A DNA stretch of 32,651 nt from Actinomycetota bacterium (GTDB taxonomy: Bacteria > Actinomycetota > CADDZG01 > JAHWKV01), in assembly GCA_039929185.1 (NCBI GenBank), contig JBDSRR010000257.1:1-32651 (forward strand). Direction: 5' to 3'. Every line of letters begins with the position of its first letter. The stretch's first letter is position 1. Made by a program: the position numbers and the translations under genes. Positions 1 to 7,062 of the stretch are shown here, one piece after another. The notes beneath the pieces were generated by a model, which saw only the letters and a program-made list of their open reading frames with translations, had not been told where the DNA came from and did not search any database.

Positions 1-357
1 TTGCTGGCGCATCGCAACGGTCTCGGCATCATCGTCAAGCGTGTGACCAGTCGCGATGCCGACACATCCAAGTTCGTCAGCGATCTTCTCGAGGGCCGCG
101 TAACGCACGCGACGCGCCTCGGCTTCAGTCGCAGGACGTACTACCACCCGGGCGACCTCGATAGGCAATCGCCAGCCCTTTGCAAGCTCGACGCAACGAG
201 CGGCATCGTGAGCCGAAGATGGACGCATCTGATGATCAACGTGTCCCAGAACTAAATCAAATCCAAGTTGTTTCAGCATCAACGCCAGTGCGCTTGAATC
301 GGCGCCGCCGCTGAAGGCGACCAAGATGCGATTCAGGCTGGTGTTCTTGCTATCCAT
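1..357 (-). CDS. tilS: tRNA(Ile)-lysidine synthase TilS, N-terminal 119 codons (3' part runs off the left edge)
   Basis: My own minus-strand translation from the ATG at 357 gives MDSKNTSLNRILVAFSGGADSSALALML...GHVDHQMRP...ATGHTLDDDAETVAMRQQ. It carries the SGGxDS PP-loop and H-x2-DD-x2-ET motifs typical of TilS/MesJ. It is absent from the ORF track because it has no stop inside the window. The 1..255 + ORF is its antisense shadow. Confidence 0.85.
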   Translation of the reverse strand, partial: MDSKNTSLNRILVAFSGGADSSALALMLKQLGFDLVLGHVDHQMRPSSAHDAARCVELAKGWRLPIEVARVVVRPATEAEARRVRYAALEKIADELGCVGIATGHTLDDDAETVAMRQQ

Positions 358-1349
358 AAGTCGGGGTTCCTGATCTCTTGCAAAGACGGCAACGCATCGG
401 GGCCGGTGAAGCAATACCGAACCTTAGCTTGGCCCCCAACTTCGAAGATTCGATCGAAGAAGGCCTGCCCTTGTTCATATTGTGCCCGCTTCATCTCCAG
501 TCCGAGCAACTTGCCGATGAGTTTGGAAATGGGTCCGCCTGCTCCGCCTTGGCCGCGCAGAACCCGTCGCATCTGCGGCTGAGTTGGGATGATGCGCTCG
601 GCGATACGGTCCATCACGAAGTTTCCGTGCCCTTCGATCACCGACATGAAAGCCTGCATGCGATCGAAGGCCTCACGTTGGGCAGGCGTGAGCAAGCGGA
701 CACCAAACGGCGCCCCGCGATCGGTGAAAACAGCACGAAGGCGAGCCGTGAGACCACGGGCATCAAGATCCATCGAATCGAGCAGTTCATTGACCCCGGT
801 GCGGAAGTGGTCGCGAAGCCAGGGGTTGCCTGTGAACTGCGCGCGGTGAGTCAATTCATGCAGAACGATCCAAAGACGAAAATCGCGGGGAACGAACCTT
901 AACTTTCGCTCCATGTTGACTATGTTCGAACCGACGAACCACACTTGATCGCCATGTTCGACCAAGGTGTCATATTGACCCAACACCCTTTGGGACAAGA
1001 AACCCAAAACCATTCCCAACTGGGCGCCCAAGGCCGGACGATATGCGAGGCGGACCAAACCCGAAACAGGAGTGCGGACTATGCGTTTGTCCAGCTTTCG
1101 TATCATGGGTCCGATCATCGTCAGCATGGAATCAACATTCGCCGAAGCCCACTCGGCGCGAGTCAGAACCCGAGCTATAGCCGATGAGGGCACAGCAAAG
1201 CCGGTCTCTTCGGTTATCAAAGGTTCGGCTTCGGCGGAAAGTTCAACGAAGTGACTTTCGAGATCGTCGTCAACTTCGGTTTGGCGACTCATCGCAACCC
1301 TTGCTGCAAAGCGGGCTGCCATGGCTACGTCAGTCAGATGATCTGCCAA
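333..1349 (-). CDS. Zincin-like zinc metalloprotease (DUF2342/Zincin_2-type hydrolase)
   Basis: 338-aa ORF with the HExxH motif HELTHRAQF. Overall it resembles the conserved actinobacterial hydrolase found immediately upstream of tilS. Its 3' end overlaps the tilS start by 25 nt. Confidence 0.75.
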   Translation of the reverse strand: MADHLTDVAMAARFAARVAMSRQTEVDDDLESHFVELSAEAEPLITEETGFAVPSSAIARVLTRAEWASANVDSMLTMIGPMIRKLDKRIVRTPVSGLVRLAYRPALGAQLGMVLGFLSQRVLGQYDTLVEHGDQVWFVGSNIVNMERKLRFVPRDFRLWIVLHELTHRAQFTGNPWLRDHFRTGVNELLDSMDLDARGLTARLRAVFTDRGAPFGVRLLTPAQREAFDRMQAFMSVIEGHGNFVMDRIAERIIPTQPQMRRVLRGQGGAGGPISKLIGKLLGLEMKRAQYEQGQAFFDRIFEVGGQAKVRYCFTGPDALPSLQEIRNPDLWIARTPA

Positions 1350-1353
1350 AGAT

Positions 1354-1881
1354 TTAGGGTTGGCGGTTGCGGCCGGACTTCATCATCATCCTCAGGTAAC
1401 CCAAACCGATCAGCCCGATCATGAGAACGAACAGAGCGACCATGATGAATGGGAAGTACTTCTGTGACGGAGGGGCCTCGGCCTCTTCCTCTTTCGCAGC
1501 GGCCTTAACGGCGGTGGGTGTGGCAGAAGCGGCTACCGTTGGAACGGGCTCCTTCGCGGCGGCAGCTAACACGGTGATCACACCTTTCATTTGATCCGGA
1601 TGAATGGTGCACTTATAGGCTATGTCGCCCGATCCGGTGATCACCACTTTCTCCTCATCGCCGCTGTTGAGCAGCGCCGTCTTGAAGGAACCATCGCTCG
1701 CGACGGCATTATGTGGAGCTTCGCCGGCGTTCTTGAAAGTGACGGTATCGCCAGATTCAATGGTGATCTGGGAGTCGACAAACTTAAAGTCTTGAGCCTC
1801 GACGGTAGTAGAGGCAGCTCCCGCGGGTAACGCTACGAGCGGCAGGATGAAACAAGCGAGCAAGATCAACTTCCGGCGCAT
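1354..1881 (-). CDS. Membrane-anchored type-1 copper protein (plastocyanin/amicyanin-like cupredoxin)
   Basis: Signal peptide MRRKLILLACFILPLVALPAGAAS. Cupredoxin ligand pattern: His in GEAPHN, then Cys-x2-His-x3-Met in YKCTIHPDQM. An Ala/Pro/Glu linker is followed by a C-terminal TM helix (FPFIMVALFVLMIGLIGLGYL). An AGGAGG Shine-Dalgarno sits just upstream of the ATG. Confidence 0.8.
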   Translation of the reverse strand: MRRKLILLACFILPLVALPAGAASTTVEAQDFKFVDSQITIESGDTVTFKNAGEAPHNAVASDGSFKTALLNSGDEEKVVITGSGDIAYKCTIHPDQMKGVITVLAAAAKEPVPTVAASATPTAVKAAAKEEEAEAPPSQKYFPFIMVALFVLMIGLIGLGYLRMMMKSGRNRQP

Positions 1882-1923
1882 CTGTCCTCCTAAGTCGGAT
1901 TCATGATGCCCGGATTGTAGAGG

Positions 1924-2112
1924 CTAGGCGGTTTTCTTTCCGCGAAGCCTCGGTATTTTTACTCCAGCATGCGCAAAACACGTCTCGCGACGGTTGTACA
2001 TCGACAGCTTCGTGATGCAGTCACCATGGGCGCAGGAACGCCCCTCAGTGAACCTTCGCGACTTTTTCGGAAGGGCAGCCACGTGGGCTCCCCGCAAGGC
2101 TACTGTAGTCAC
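1924..2112 (-). CDS. Small basic Cys/His-containing protein (62 aa), putative zinc-binding, unknown family
   Basis: This is the C-terminal part of track ORF 1924..2310. An AGGAGG lies 6 nt upstream of the GTG at 2112 (minus strand CAGGAGGGTGAATGTGACT). Product: VTTVALRGAHVAALPKKSRRFTEGRSCAHGDCITKLSMYNRRETCFAHAGVKIPRLRGKKTA, with a C-x-H-x2-C ... C-x2-H pattern. The longer ORF version would overlap the divergent gene at 2200. Confidence 0.4.
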   Translation of the reverse strand: MTTVALRGAHVAALPKKSRRFTEGRSCAHGDCITKLSMYNRRETCFAHAGVKIPRLRGKKTA

Positions 2113-2199
2113 ATTCACCCTCCTGGTTGGACTTGCTTGACTCTTTCTGACGCTGGACCGGACCCAAAGGTTCCACGGATTGCTTAGAGTCTTACCCCA

Positions 2200-2679
2200 A
2201 TGCTCAAGTCGATAATCCTTCTTGGTCTCGTTGTGGGGGCTTTTTCTACGATGGCGGCCCCCGCCGCGGCCTCGATGTGCCTCCTGGGAGGCGACGCTTG
2301 GATGCGCCAAGCGATCCGAGAATCCCCGTTGGTCTTCATCGGCACCAAGGTGAATGACGATTCATCGACTTCACAAAGCACCTACCAAGTTGAAACTGTT
2401 CTCAAGTCCCATGGACCACCACCCACCAGGATTACCCTCCAAGAGATTCGATTTGGCGGGAACGCGGCACCAGGAGAACGAATAGGTATCGTCACCGACC
2501 TTTGGGAAGGGAACCTTCGAACGAGCCCGTGCCAGCAATATGACCCTGCCAACTTGCAACGGTTCATGGAGAGGACTCGATCTTGGCTTCCGTGGTTGAG
2601 TGCGATATTGCTTGCGGCGACGGTCCTAGTCGGAGCTGCCGCCGCCCCGAGAATCGCTGCTCCGCCCGACTCTTCGTAA
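2200..2679 (+). CDS. Exported hypothetical protein with C-terminal membrane anchor
   Basis: 159-aa ORF with N-terminal signal peptide MLKSIILLGLVVGAFSTMAAPAAAS and C-terminal hydrophobic helix WLPWLSAILLAATVLVGAAAA. A TANNNT box (TAGAGT, 2185-2190) lies 9 nt upstream of the ATG and there is no SD. No family recognised. Confidence 0.55.
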   Translation: MLKSIILLGLVVGAFSTMAAPAAASMCLLGGDAWMRQAIRESPLVFIGTKVNDDSSTSQSTYQVETVLKSHGPPPTRITLQEIRFGGNAAPGERIGIVTDLWEGNLRTSPCQQYDPANLQRFMERTRSWLPWLSAILLAATVLVGAAAAPRIAAPPDSS

Positions 2680-2687
2680 CTGTCGAC

Positions 2688-2975
2688 TCAAATTGTTTTG
2701 AGTGTCCTAACTGCTTCCTCAAGCTGCTTGCGATTCACTACACGGGCCACAAGAACTGGGCCCGCGTCCACCTGTCGAAACAAGATTCGCCAATCCCCTA
2801 CTCTCATCCGCATCCACGGTTCGGCACCCTTCAATGTCTTGACGTCTAGATTTGGAGGCCACTGGTCTAGTGTCAGCCCTTCCTTCATTGCCCTCAGCAG
2901 ACGTTCTCGATCTTGCCCAGCAACAACCTTACGAAGGTCCTTCGCAGCTCGCGCGGAGAGTTCAACCTCTCTCAA
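2688..2975 (-). CDS. Type II toxin, RelE/ParE family
   Basis: 95 aa. Pattern AAKDLRKV ... LKGAEPWMRMRVGDWRILFRQVD..VLVARVVNRKQ matches the ParE/RelE fold signature (yRlRvGdyRiiY...v.hR). There is a 4-nt overlap with the upstream antitoxin gene. Confidence 0.85.
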   Translation of the reverse strand: MREVELSARAAKDLRKVVAGQDRERLLRAMKEGLTLDQWPPNLDVKTLKGAEPWMRMRVGDWRILFRQVDAGPVLVARVVNRKQLEEAVRTLKTI

Positions 2976-3262
2976 TCGGTGGCAGTTTGATCGCTGGAGA
3001 ACTCATCTATGAGGGCATCTAGATTCGTAGTGTTCCCGGCTTCGAGATCACGCTCGGCCTCGTCCATAGCCTCCACAAACATGGGTGCCTGGGCAAGTAC
3101 GAAGTCTTCAAGGGCCTCCGCCGAAATAGGCGTCACTGTCGCCACGGGCCGACCGTTCTTCGTCACGAGGACGACCCCCCCGCCCTCAACCTGATCCAGG
3201 ACCCTGCTCGTTTGCCGAGAGAGCTCTCTAACGTTTACCACTTCCACGTGACGCTTGGCCAC
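2972..3262 (-). CDS. Type II antitoxin, Phd/YefM family
   Basis: VAKRHVEVVNVRELSRQTSRVLDQVEGGGVVLVTKNGRPVATVTPIS is a typical Phd/YefM N-terminal domain, followed by an acidic C-terminal tail. I place the start at the GTG at 3262 because AAGGAG (3274-3269) lies 6 nt upstream. The track start (ATG 3307) would add MRLCDNCQTINKESD and sit inside the predicted promoter. Confidence 0.8.
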   Translation of the reverse strand: MAKRHVEVVNVRELSRQTSRVLDQVEGGGVVLVTKNGRPVATVTPISAEALEDFVLAQAPMFVEAMDEAERDLEAGNTTNLDALIDEFSSDQTATD

Positions 3263-3280
3263 ATCAGACTCCTTGTTAAT

Positions 3281-3328
3281 CGTCTGACAATTGTCACACA
3301 ACCTCATTCGTCAGTCAAGTGTCAGACA
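3281..3328 (-). promoter_or_regulatory. Promoter/operator of the Phd-RelE operon
   Basis: On the minus strand: TTGACT (-35, 3318-3313), a 17-nt spacer, then TGtGACAAT (extended -10, hexamer 3295-3290). A perfect 12-bp palindrome TGACAATTGTCA (3285-3296) overlaps the -10. A second inverted pair, CGTCTGACA (3281-3289) and TGTCAGACA (3320-3328), flanks the promoter. Confidence 0.45.
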
Positions 3329-3369
3329 CGTGAATCTTGAGCTCGCGCGCGCGGCATCAGAGTCAGGTT

Positions 3370-3828
3370 TTACCCCTCAGAAATCTTCAACTTGCAGGCG
3401 CTTAAACCTTTTGGGATATGAAGAGTCGGGTTCGGGTTCGAAAGGCTGTTTTCGAATTCGGGTGCTTTGAGATTGACCACGGTCAGGGCCTCAGTGGTAA
3501 TCCTTTGTGTGCCAGTAAACGACTCCCCGCCCGCCTCGATCACGTATTCGATGACGGCGTTGAATCTGGCGGAGTCCTTACGCCTGATCGTTCCCCCCCG
3601 GATTTCAGGGGTGAACTTTCCAGCCTCCGGACCTTCACCTATAATCTCCGTCTCATTGCATCGAAAACGCCCTGTCTGAACCAACGAATCTTCGATCTCG
3701 ATGTTGACGGGAACAGTTGTACCTGTTTTTCGCAGCCCGTAAGCCCCCTGCTGTACCACCTTATCGAAGCGAACACAGCCCCCTCCAACGAGGACCAGAG
3801 CCAGGACAAGGGCGGTTAGGGGCCTCAT
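3370..3828 (-). CDS. Hypothetical lipoprotein
   Basis: 152 aa. Signal peptide with lipobox: MRPLTALVLALVLVGGGC. No recognisable family. Confidence 0.6.
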   Translation of the reverse strand: MRPLTALVLALVLVGGGCVRFDKVVQQGAYGLRKTGTTVPVNIEIEDSLVQTGRFRCNETEIIGEGPEAGKFTPEIRGGTIRRKDSARFNAVIEYVIEAGGESFTGTQRITTEALTVVNLKAPEFENSLSNPNPTLHIPKGLSACKLKISEG

Positions 3829-3910
3829 CTGACCAACACTATCTGTTAGCTGTAACTCTGTTTGTCAACTTTGCGAGTTCCTGACTGTGAAGTTGTCCCG
3901 TGTGGAGAAC

Positions 3911-3930
3911 TCGTCCCATCTCGTCCCATC
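3911..3930. repeat. Perfect tandem 10-bp direct repeat (TCGTCCCATC x2) in an intergenic region
   Basis: tcgtcccatctcgtcccatc was read directly. A third degenerate copy (ttgtcccgt) lies about 20 nt to the left. The repeat sits 83-102 nt upstream of the lipoprotein start at 3828 and just downstream of the stop at 3944. Confidence 0.6.
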
Positions 3931-3943
3931 GAAGACGGTGGTT

Positions 3944-5107
3944 CTAGGTGGGGATACAACTGGGCGAAACTGCATCGCTCGGCGGAGTTGTCGTTGAAAT
4001 TCGCTCAAACTGGGTTTCGGCGAGGGTCCTTAGATCTTGGAGGGTCAAGCCAGAACCCGTCGTCGAACCGAGTAGAGCGAGAAATAAATCTCCGGACACA
4101 AACACCACGCCATGCGTCACTAGCGTTCCTTGGTCGTCTTCATCCGTTTGAGAAAAGGCCGCGCCGCCCGGAGGTGTTGTGATCTCGACTCGCTGCGCAC
4201 CAGTTCCTTCCAAAGATATAAGGGTGTCATCAAGATAGGCCTTGGCGCCCCGAGGCTCGGCGAATAGATAGACCGTGGCTACCACAACGTCTTCCGTCGC
4301 ATTTGTCCAGGCCTTCGCATACCCTCGTTGGAATTCCCGCGTGATCAACAGTGAGCGCTCTGCCTCGACATCGTCTTCTTCTGCTGCGGCGGCCTCGAGA
4401 TCGAGGGGGCCAACCGCGAAAAGGTCGGGGTCGGCGACGGCGAAACCGGCAAGGGCATCGTCGATGAGGATGGCGTCGAGGGAGTCATCGATGGGGGCCG
4501 GACACACCGCGGCGAAAGTGCTAGCGACGGGCAACGGCCGCGGCTTGGATGTCGATGCAGGTCGACATGCCGATAACAGCCCCGCAATGCAAAACGCTGC
4601 TACGACACCCGCTAATAGCCTGCGGGTCGTTCCACCAAAACTTTGAACACGACCCATACGAACGGCCATTGAACCTTGTACGCCCAAGGAGACGATCGCG
4701 ATGAGGCTCGCCCGCGCGAACCCAAATGCGGCGCCGACTATGGCGGATCGCTGCAGGCCTAGCGATGCAGAAGTCACAGCAAAGGCCCACCAAACCCACG
4801 TGTTAAGGATCGTAGCGGGACCGATGCCAAGACGAAGTCCATACAAAACAGCAGCGGTTTTCATTCCAAAAACCCGAGACCAAACCATCGGCACTTGCCT
4901 GCGGACCGCCAGCGGACGAAGCGGGGTTTGGTCCAAAACAACCGCAACGACTCCGATCGCAGATCCGGTCATAAGGGTTATCGAAAGACCCGTTAGGTCC
5001 CAAGCCGCACCCATAAGGGCCCCGGCCGTTGCTGCTGAAAACGTGCAGGACAGTAACAGCAATCCGGTCACGGCTATCTTGCTGCGCCCCCGCACGGAGG
5101 GGATCAC
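3944..5107 (-). CDS. Polytopic membrane protein with a C-terminal extracytoplasmic domain, unknown family
   Basis: 387 aa. The first ~180 residues form about 5-6 hydrophobic helices. These are followed by a Pro/Ser linker and a ~190-aa acidic soluble domain. GTG start. Same strand as, and 84 nt downstream of, the Cys-rich Tat protein gene. Confidence 0.6.
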   Translation of the reverse strand: MIPSVRGRSKIAVTGLLLLSCTFSAATAGALMGAAWDLTGLSITLMTGSAIGVVAVVLDQTPLRPLAVRRQVPMVWSRVFGMKTAAVLYGLRLGIGPATILNTWVWWAFAVTSASLGLQRSAIVGAAFGFARASLIAIVSLGVQGSMAVRMGRVQSFGGTTRRLLAGVVAAFCIAGLLSACRPASTSKPRPLPVASTFAAVCPAPIDDSLDAILIDDALAGFAVADPDLFAVGPLDLEAAAAEEDDVEAERSLLITREFQRGYAKAWTNATEDVVVATVYLFAEPRGAKAYLDDTLISLEGTGAQRVEITTPPGGAAFSQTDEDDQGTLVTHGVVFVSGDLFLALLGSTTGSGLTLQDLRTLAETQFERISTTTPPSDAVSPSCIPT

Positions 5108-5191
5108 TGTTTCAGTGACTGAAAGCCCTCAGGGCGACCACATCGAATGAAGCGCGGCGGTTAAACCAAGGCCCAAGGCTAACCAGAACAC

Positions 5192-6583
5192 CTAACGTCT
5201 TCTGCGTCGTCTTCGGCGTCGCGTCCTTCTCGTCCATCGACCTCGCGGGCGTGGCGGGGCTGGATCGGTTCCAAGCCGGGCCCTCCCCATCTCGCGCTCC
5301 GGAGGAGGTTGCGAATAGACGGGCAATCCTTGGCCCGCGACCCCGATCAACTTGTGTATCTCGAATCGATTAACTATCGACTGCAAAGACTGGTACGAGT
5401 CGGCATCGATGCCTTGAGTCCCGAACAAGATGACTCGCGAAACCCGGTCGCGAACCTCGAGGAGGAGATCTCGAACGCCAACCAGGGACCCAGGGTCGTG
5501 CACCAAAATGGGGCCGCCGAAACCGGCGAGTCCCCAAAGCGCTGGCCACCCCAAGGGCGTAAGCAACATCGTGCCAGTGGAAACTCCCATGCTCCTTGCG
5601 TGGGGAATCATGCGAGCAGAGATCGTGTGCAAATTTTCACCATCGATAACAACCGCACCCGGGAAGTCGCCTATACGGGCAGCCGCCTCAGGCCCGATGA
5701 GATACATGCCACCCCCAGCACGTGGTGTATCGGGCCCAACTATCAGCGGCATCTTCGCGGAAGAAGCAAAAGCCGAAGCTATCGGCGCAGCCGCCGCAGA
5801 CGAACCCGAGTTGGCGATGCAAACCACACTCCTGGCCCCGACGTTGTTTGCAACCCAGGCCGCAACCTCGCCCGAAAATGTTTCGACATCGAGGGCCACG
5901 CCGACTCTTTCGTTTGGTATCGCATGGTCTGTCAGTTGCTGATCTATCGAGGCAGGCAGATTCGAGCCAACGATCTTCACGCTCGGACCCCATCGCTGAA
6001 CGATCTGGGTGATGACGGATGGATCTAGATCTGCGCGCGGAACGAGGAAGACCGGCGCACCTATCACCCCGGCGAAAGCAACGGCGACTCCAGCGAATAG
6101 CCCATCAGAATCGCCGATAACGGCTTGCACGGCACCAATGGGAAAACGGGAATCGCGCGAATACAGTTCGATCTCTGCGACGTTATCAGTGCCCATTCGC
6201 GATATCGAAACTGTCTGCATCCTTGGGTCGGTGCCGCAACTTTCAACGATGCACTTGACGTTGGTCCCGGCGGGGCAATATCCATGAACGTTGGGATAGG
6301 CAGGAGCGCAGCAATCGCAGATCTTCTTCAGCAGTCCATCGGCACAACACCCCGTGGCATACCAGCACCATCCCCACACTTCATCGCAATCGAAGGTTGC
6401 ACACTTCGTCGAAATACCCGATTGACCACAAACCCTGGCTTCCGCATCGTCCACTAACAAGGTTGCGATAGTTGGTCCAGCCGCAACCAGAACTGCAGTG
6501 CGACCAAATTTGCCCATGAAAGAACGTCGCGTCATGCGCTCGGATGTCCAGCGGCTTGCCCGTTCTGCCCACTGATCGATCAA
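5192..6583 (-). CDS. Tat-exported protein: 12-Cys N-terminal domain + three cell-wall-binding (CWB2-like) repeats + poly-Arg C-terminus
   Basis: Twin-arginine motif TRRSFMGKF plus h-region AVLVAAGPTIATLL. Residues 52-116 contain 12 Cys. Residues ~125-440 form three repeats with the CW_binding_2 pattern (e.g. AVIGDSDGLFAGVAVAFAGVIGAPVFLVP...KIVGSNLPASI). The protein ends RGRWTRRTRRRRRRRRR. The TTG start overlaps the upstream stop (TTGA); the alternative ATG at 6535 gives MTRRSF... Confidence 0.8.
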   Translation of the reverse strand: MIDQWAERASRWTSERMTRRSFMGKFGRTAVLVAAGPTIATLLVDDAEARVCGQSGISTKCATFDCDEVWGWCWYATGCCADGLLKKICDCCAPAYPNVHGYCPAGTNVKCIVESCGTDPRMQTVSISRMGTDNVAEIELYSRDSRFPIGAVQAVIGDSDGLFAGVAVAFAGVIGAPVFLVPRADLDPSVITQIVQRWGPSVKIVGSNLPASIDQQLTDHAIPNERVGVALDVETFSGEVAAWVANNVGARSVVCIANSGSSAAAAPIASAFASSAKMPLIVGPDTPRAGGGMYLIGPEAAARIGDFPGAVVIDGENLHTISARMIPHARSMGVSTGTMLLTPLGWPALWGLAGFGGPILVHDPGSLVGVRDLLLEVRDRVSRVILFGTQGIDADSYQSLQSIVNRFEIHKLIGVAGQGLPVYSQPPPEREMGRARLGTDPAPPRPRGRWTRRTRRRRRRRRR

Positions 6584-7062
6584 GGCGCGGCCGTATCCAG
6601 ATACGACTCTTCGAGCATCACCTCAACCTGTTCGATCGTATTAGCCACACCTCTTACTTTGACGATGCCTTTTTGGTCTACAGCAACGAAGTAGGGGGTA
6701 GAGCGTACGTTGAATACCGAAAAAACATCGGCATTTGCGTCATCGTGGTCGATGCGATTCAACTGCACTTCGGGATACTGCCTAGTGAGACTTCTCAACC
6801 CAGGCTTTAGCGCATCGCAGATCGCGCAATTCGACGAACTGAACATCAACAGAGTGGTCTTGGCATCTTGATAGTTGAATCGGTCCGGCAGTGGGGCGGG
6901 CTTAAGCCTTTCGGGCCCTTCGCCGGCAAAATGAACGCCTTGCGGACGCAACCGGGCATGCAACACTCCTACTTGCCGCAACAGTGCGACAACGGTGAGG
7001 CCGAGAAGGATCACTGCTGCCCAAAGAGCGACATAAGACGCGACCCAAACCGACCCCGTCAA
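6580..7062 (-). CDS. Membrane-anchored thioredoxin-fold protein, MauD/TlpA-like thiol-disulfide oxidoreductase
   Basis: 160 aa. N-terminal TM anchor (VWVASYVALWAAVILLGLTVVALL). Thioredoxin-like domain with a CxxC motif (LLMFSSSNCAICDALKP). It overlaps both neighbouring genes by 4 nt. Confidence 0.75.
   Translation of the reverse strand: MTGSVWVASYVALWAAVILLGLTVVALLRQVGVLHARLRPQGVHFAGEGPERLKPAPLPDRFNYQDAKTTLLMFSSSNCAICDALKPGLRSLTRQYPEVQLNRIDHDDANADVFSVFNVRSTPYFVAVDQKGIVKVRGVANTIEQVEVMLEESYLDTAAP

Noticed and set aside
1-255. 84-aa plus-strand ORF at the left edge
   Set aside because: It lies antisense to a convincing TilS N-terminus (PP-loop SGGADS) on the minus strand. It has no motif of its own and is a typical shadow ORF.
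378-902. 174-aa and other plus-strand ORFs inside 333..1349, plus similar long antisense ORFs (5309..6028, 8799..9311, 19654..20199, 22883..23515, 25161..25859, 30709..31176)
   Set aside because: All overlap genes with clear family signatures on the opposite strand. Their translations are Arg/Ser/Pro-rich low-complexity strings, as expected for antisense frames of GC-rich coding DNA.
5113-5238. Small acidic ORF (MDEKDATPKTTQKTLGVLV..., about 41 aa, minus strand) overlapping the poly-Arg tail region
   Set aside because: It has no SD and no recognisable features, and it is below a meaningful length. I mention it only as an alternative frame in case of a frameshift error.
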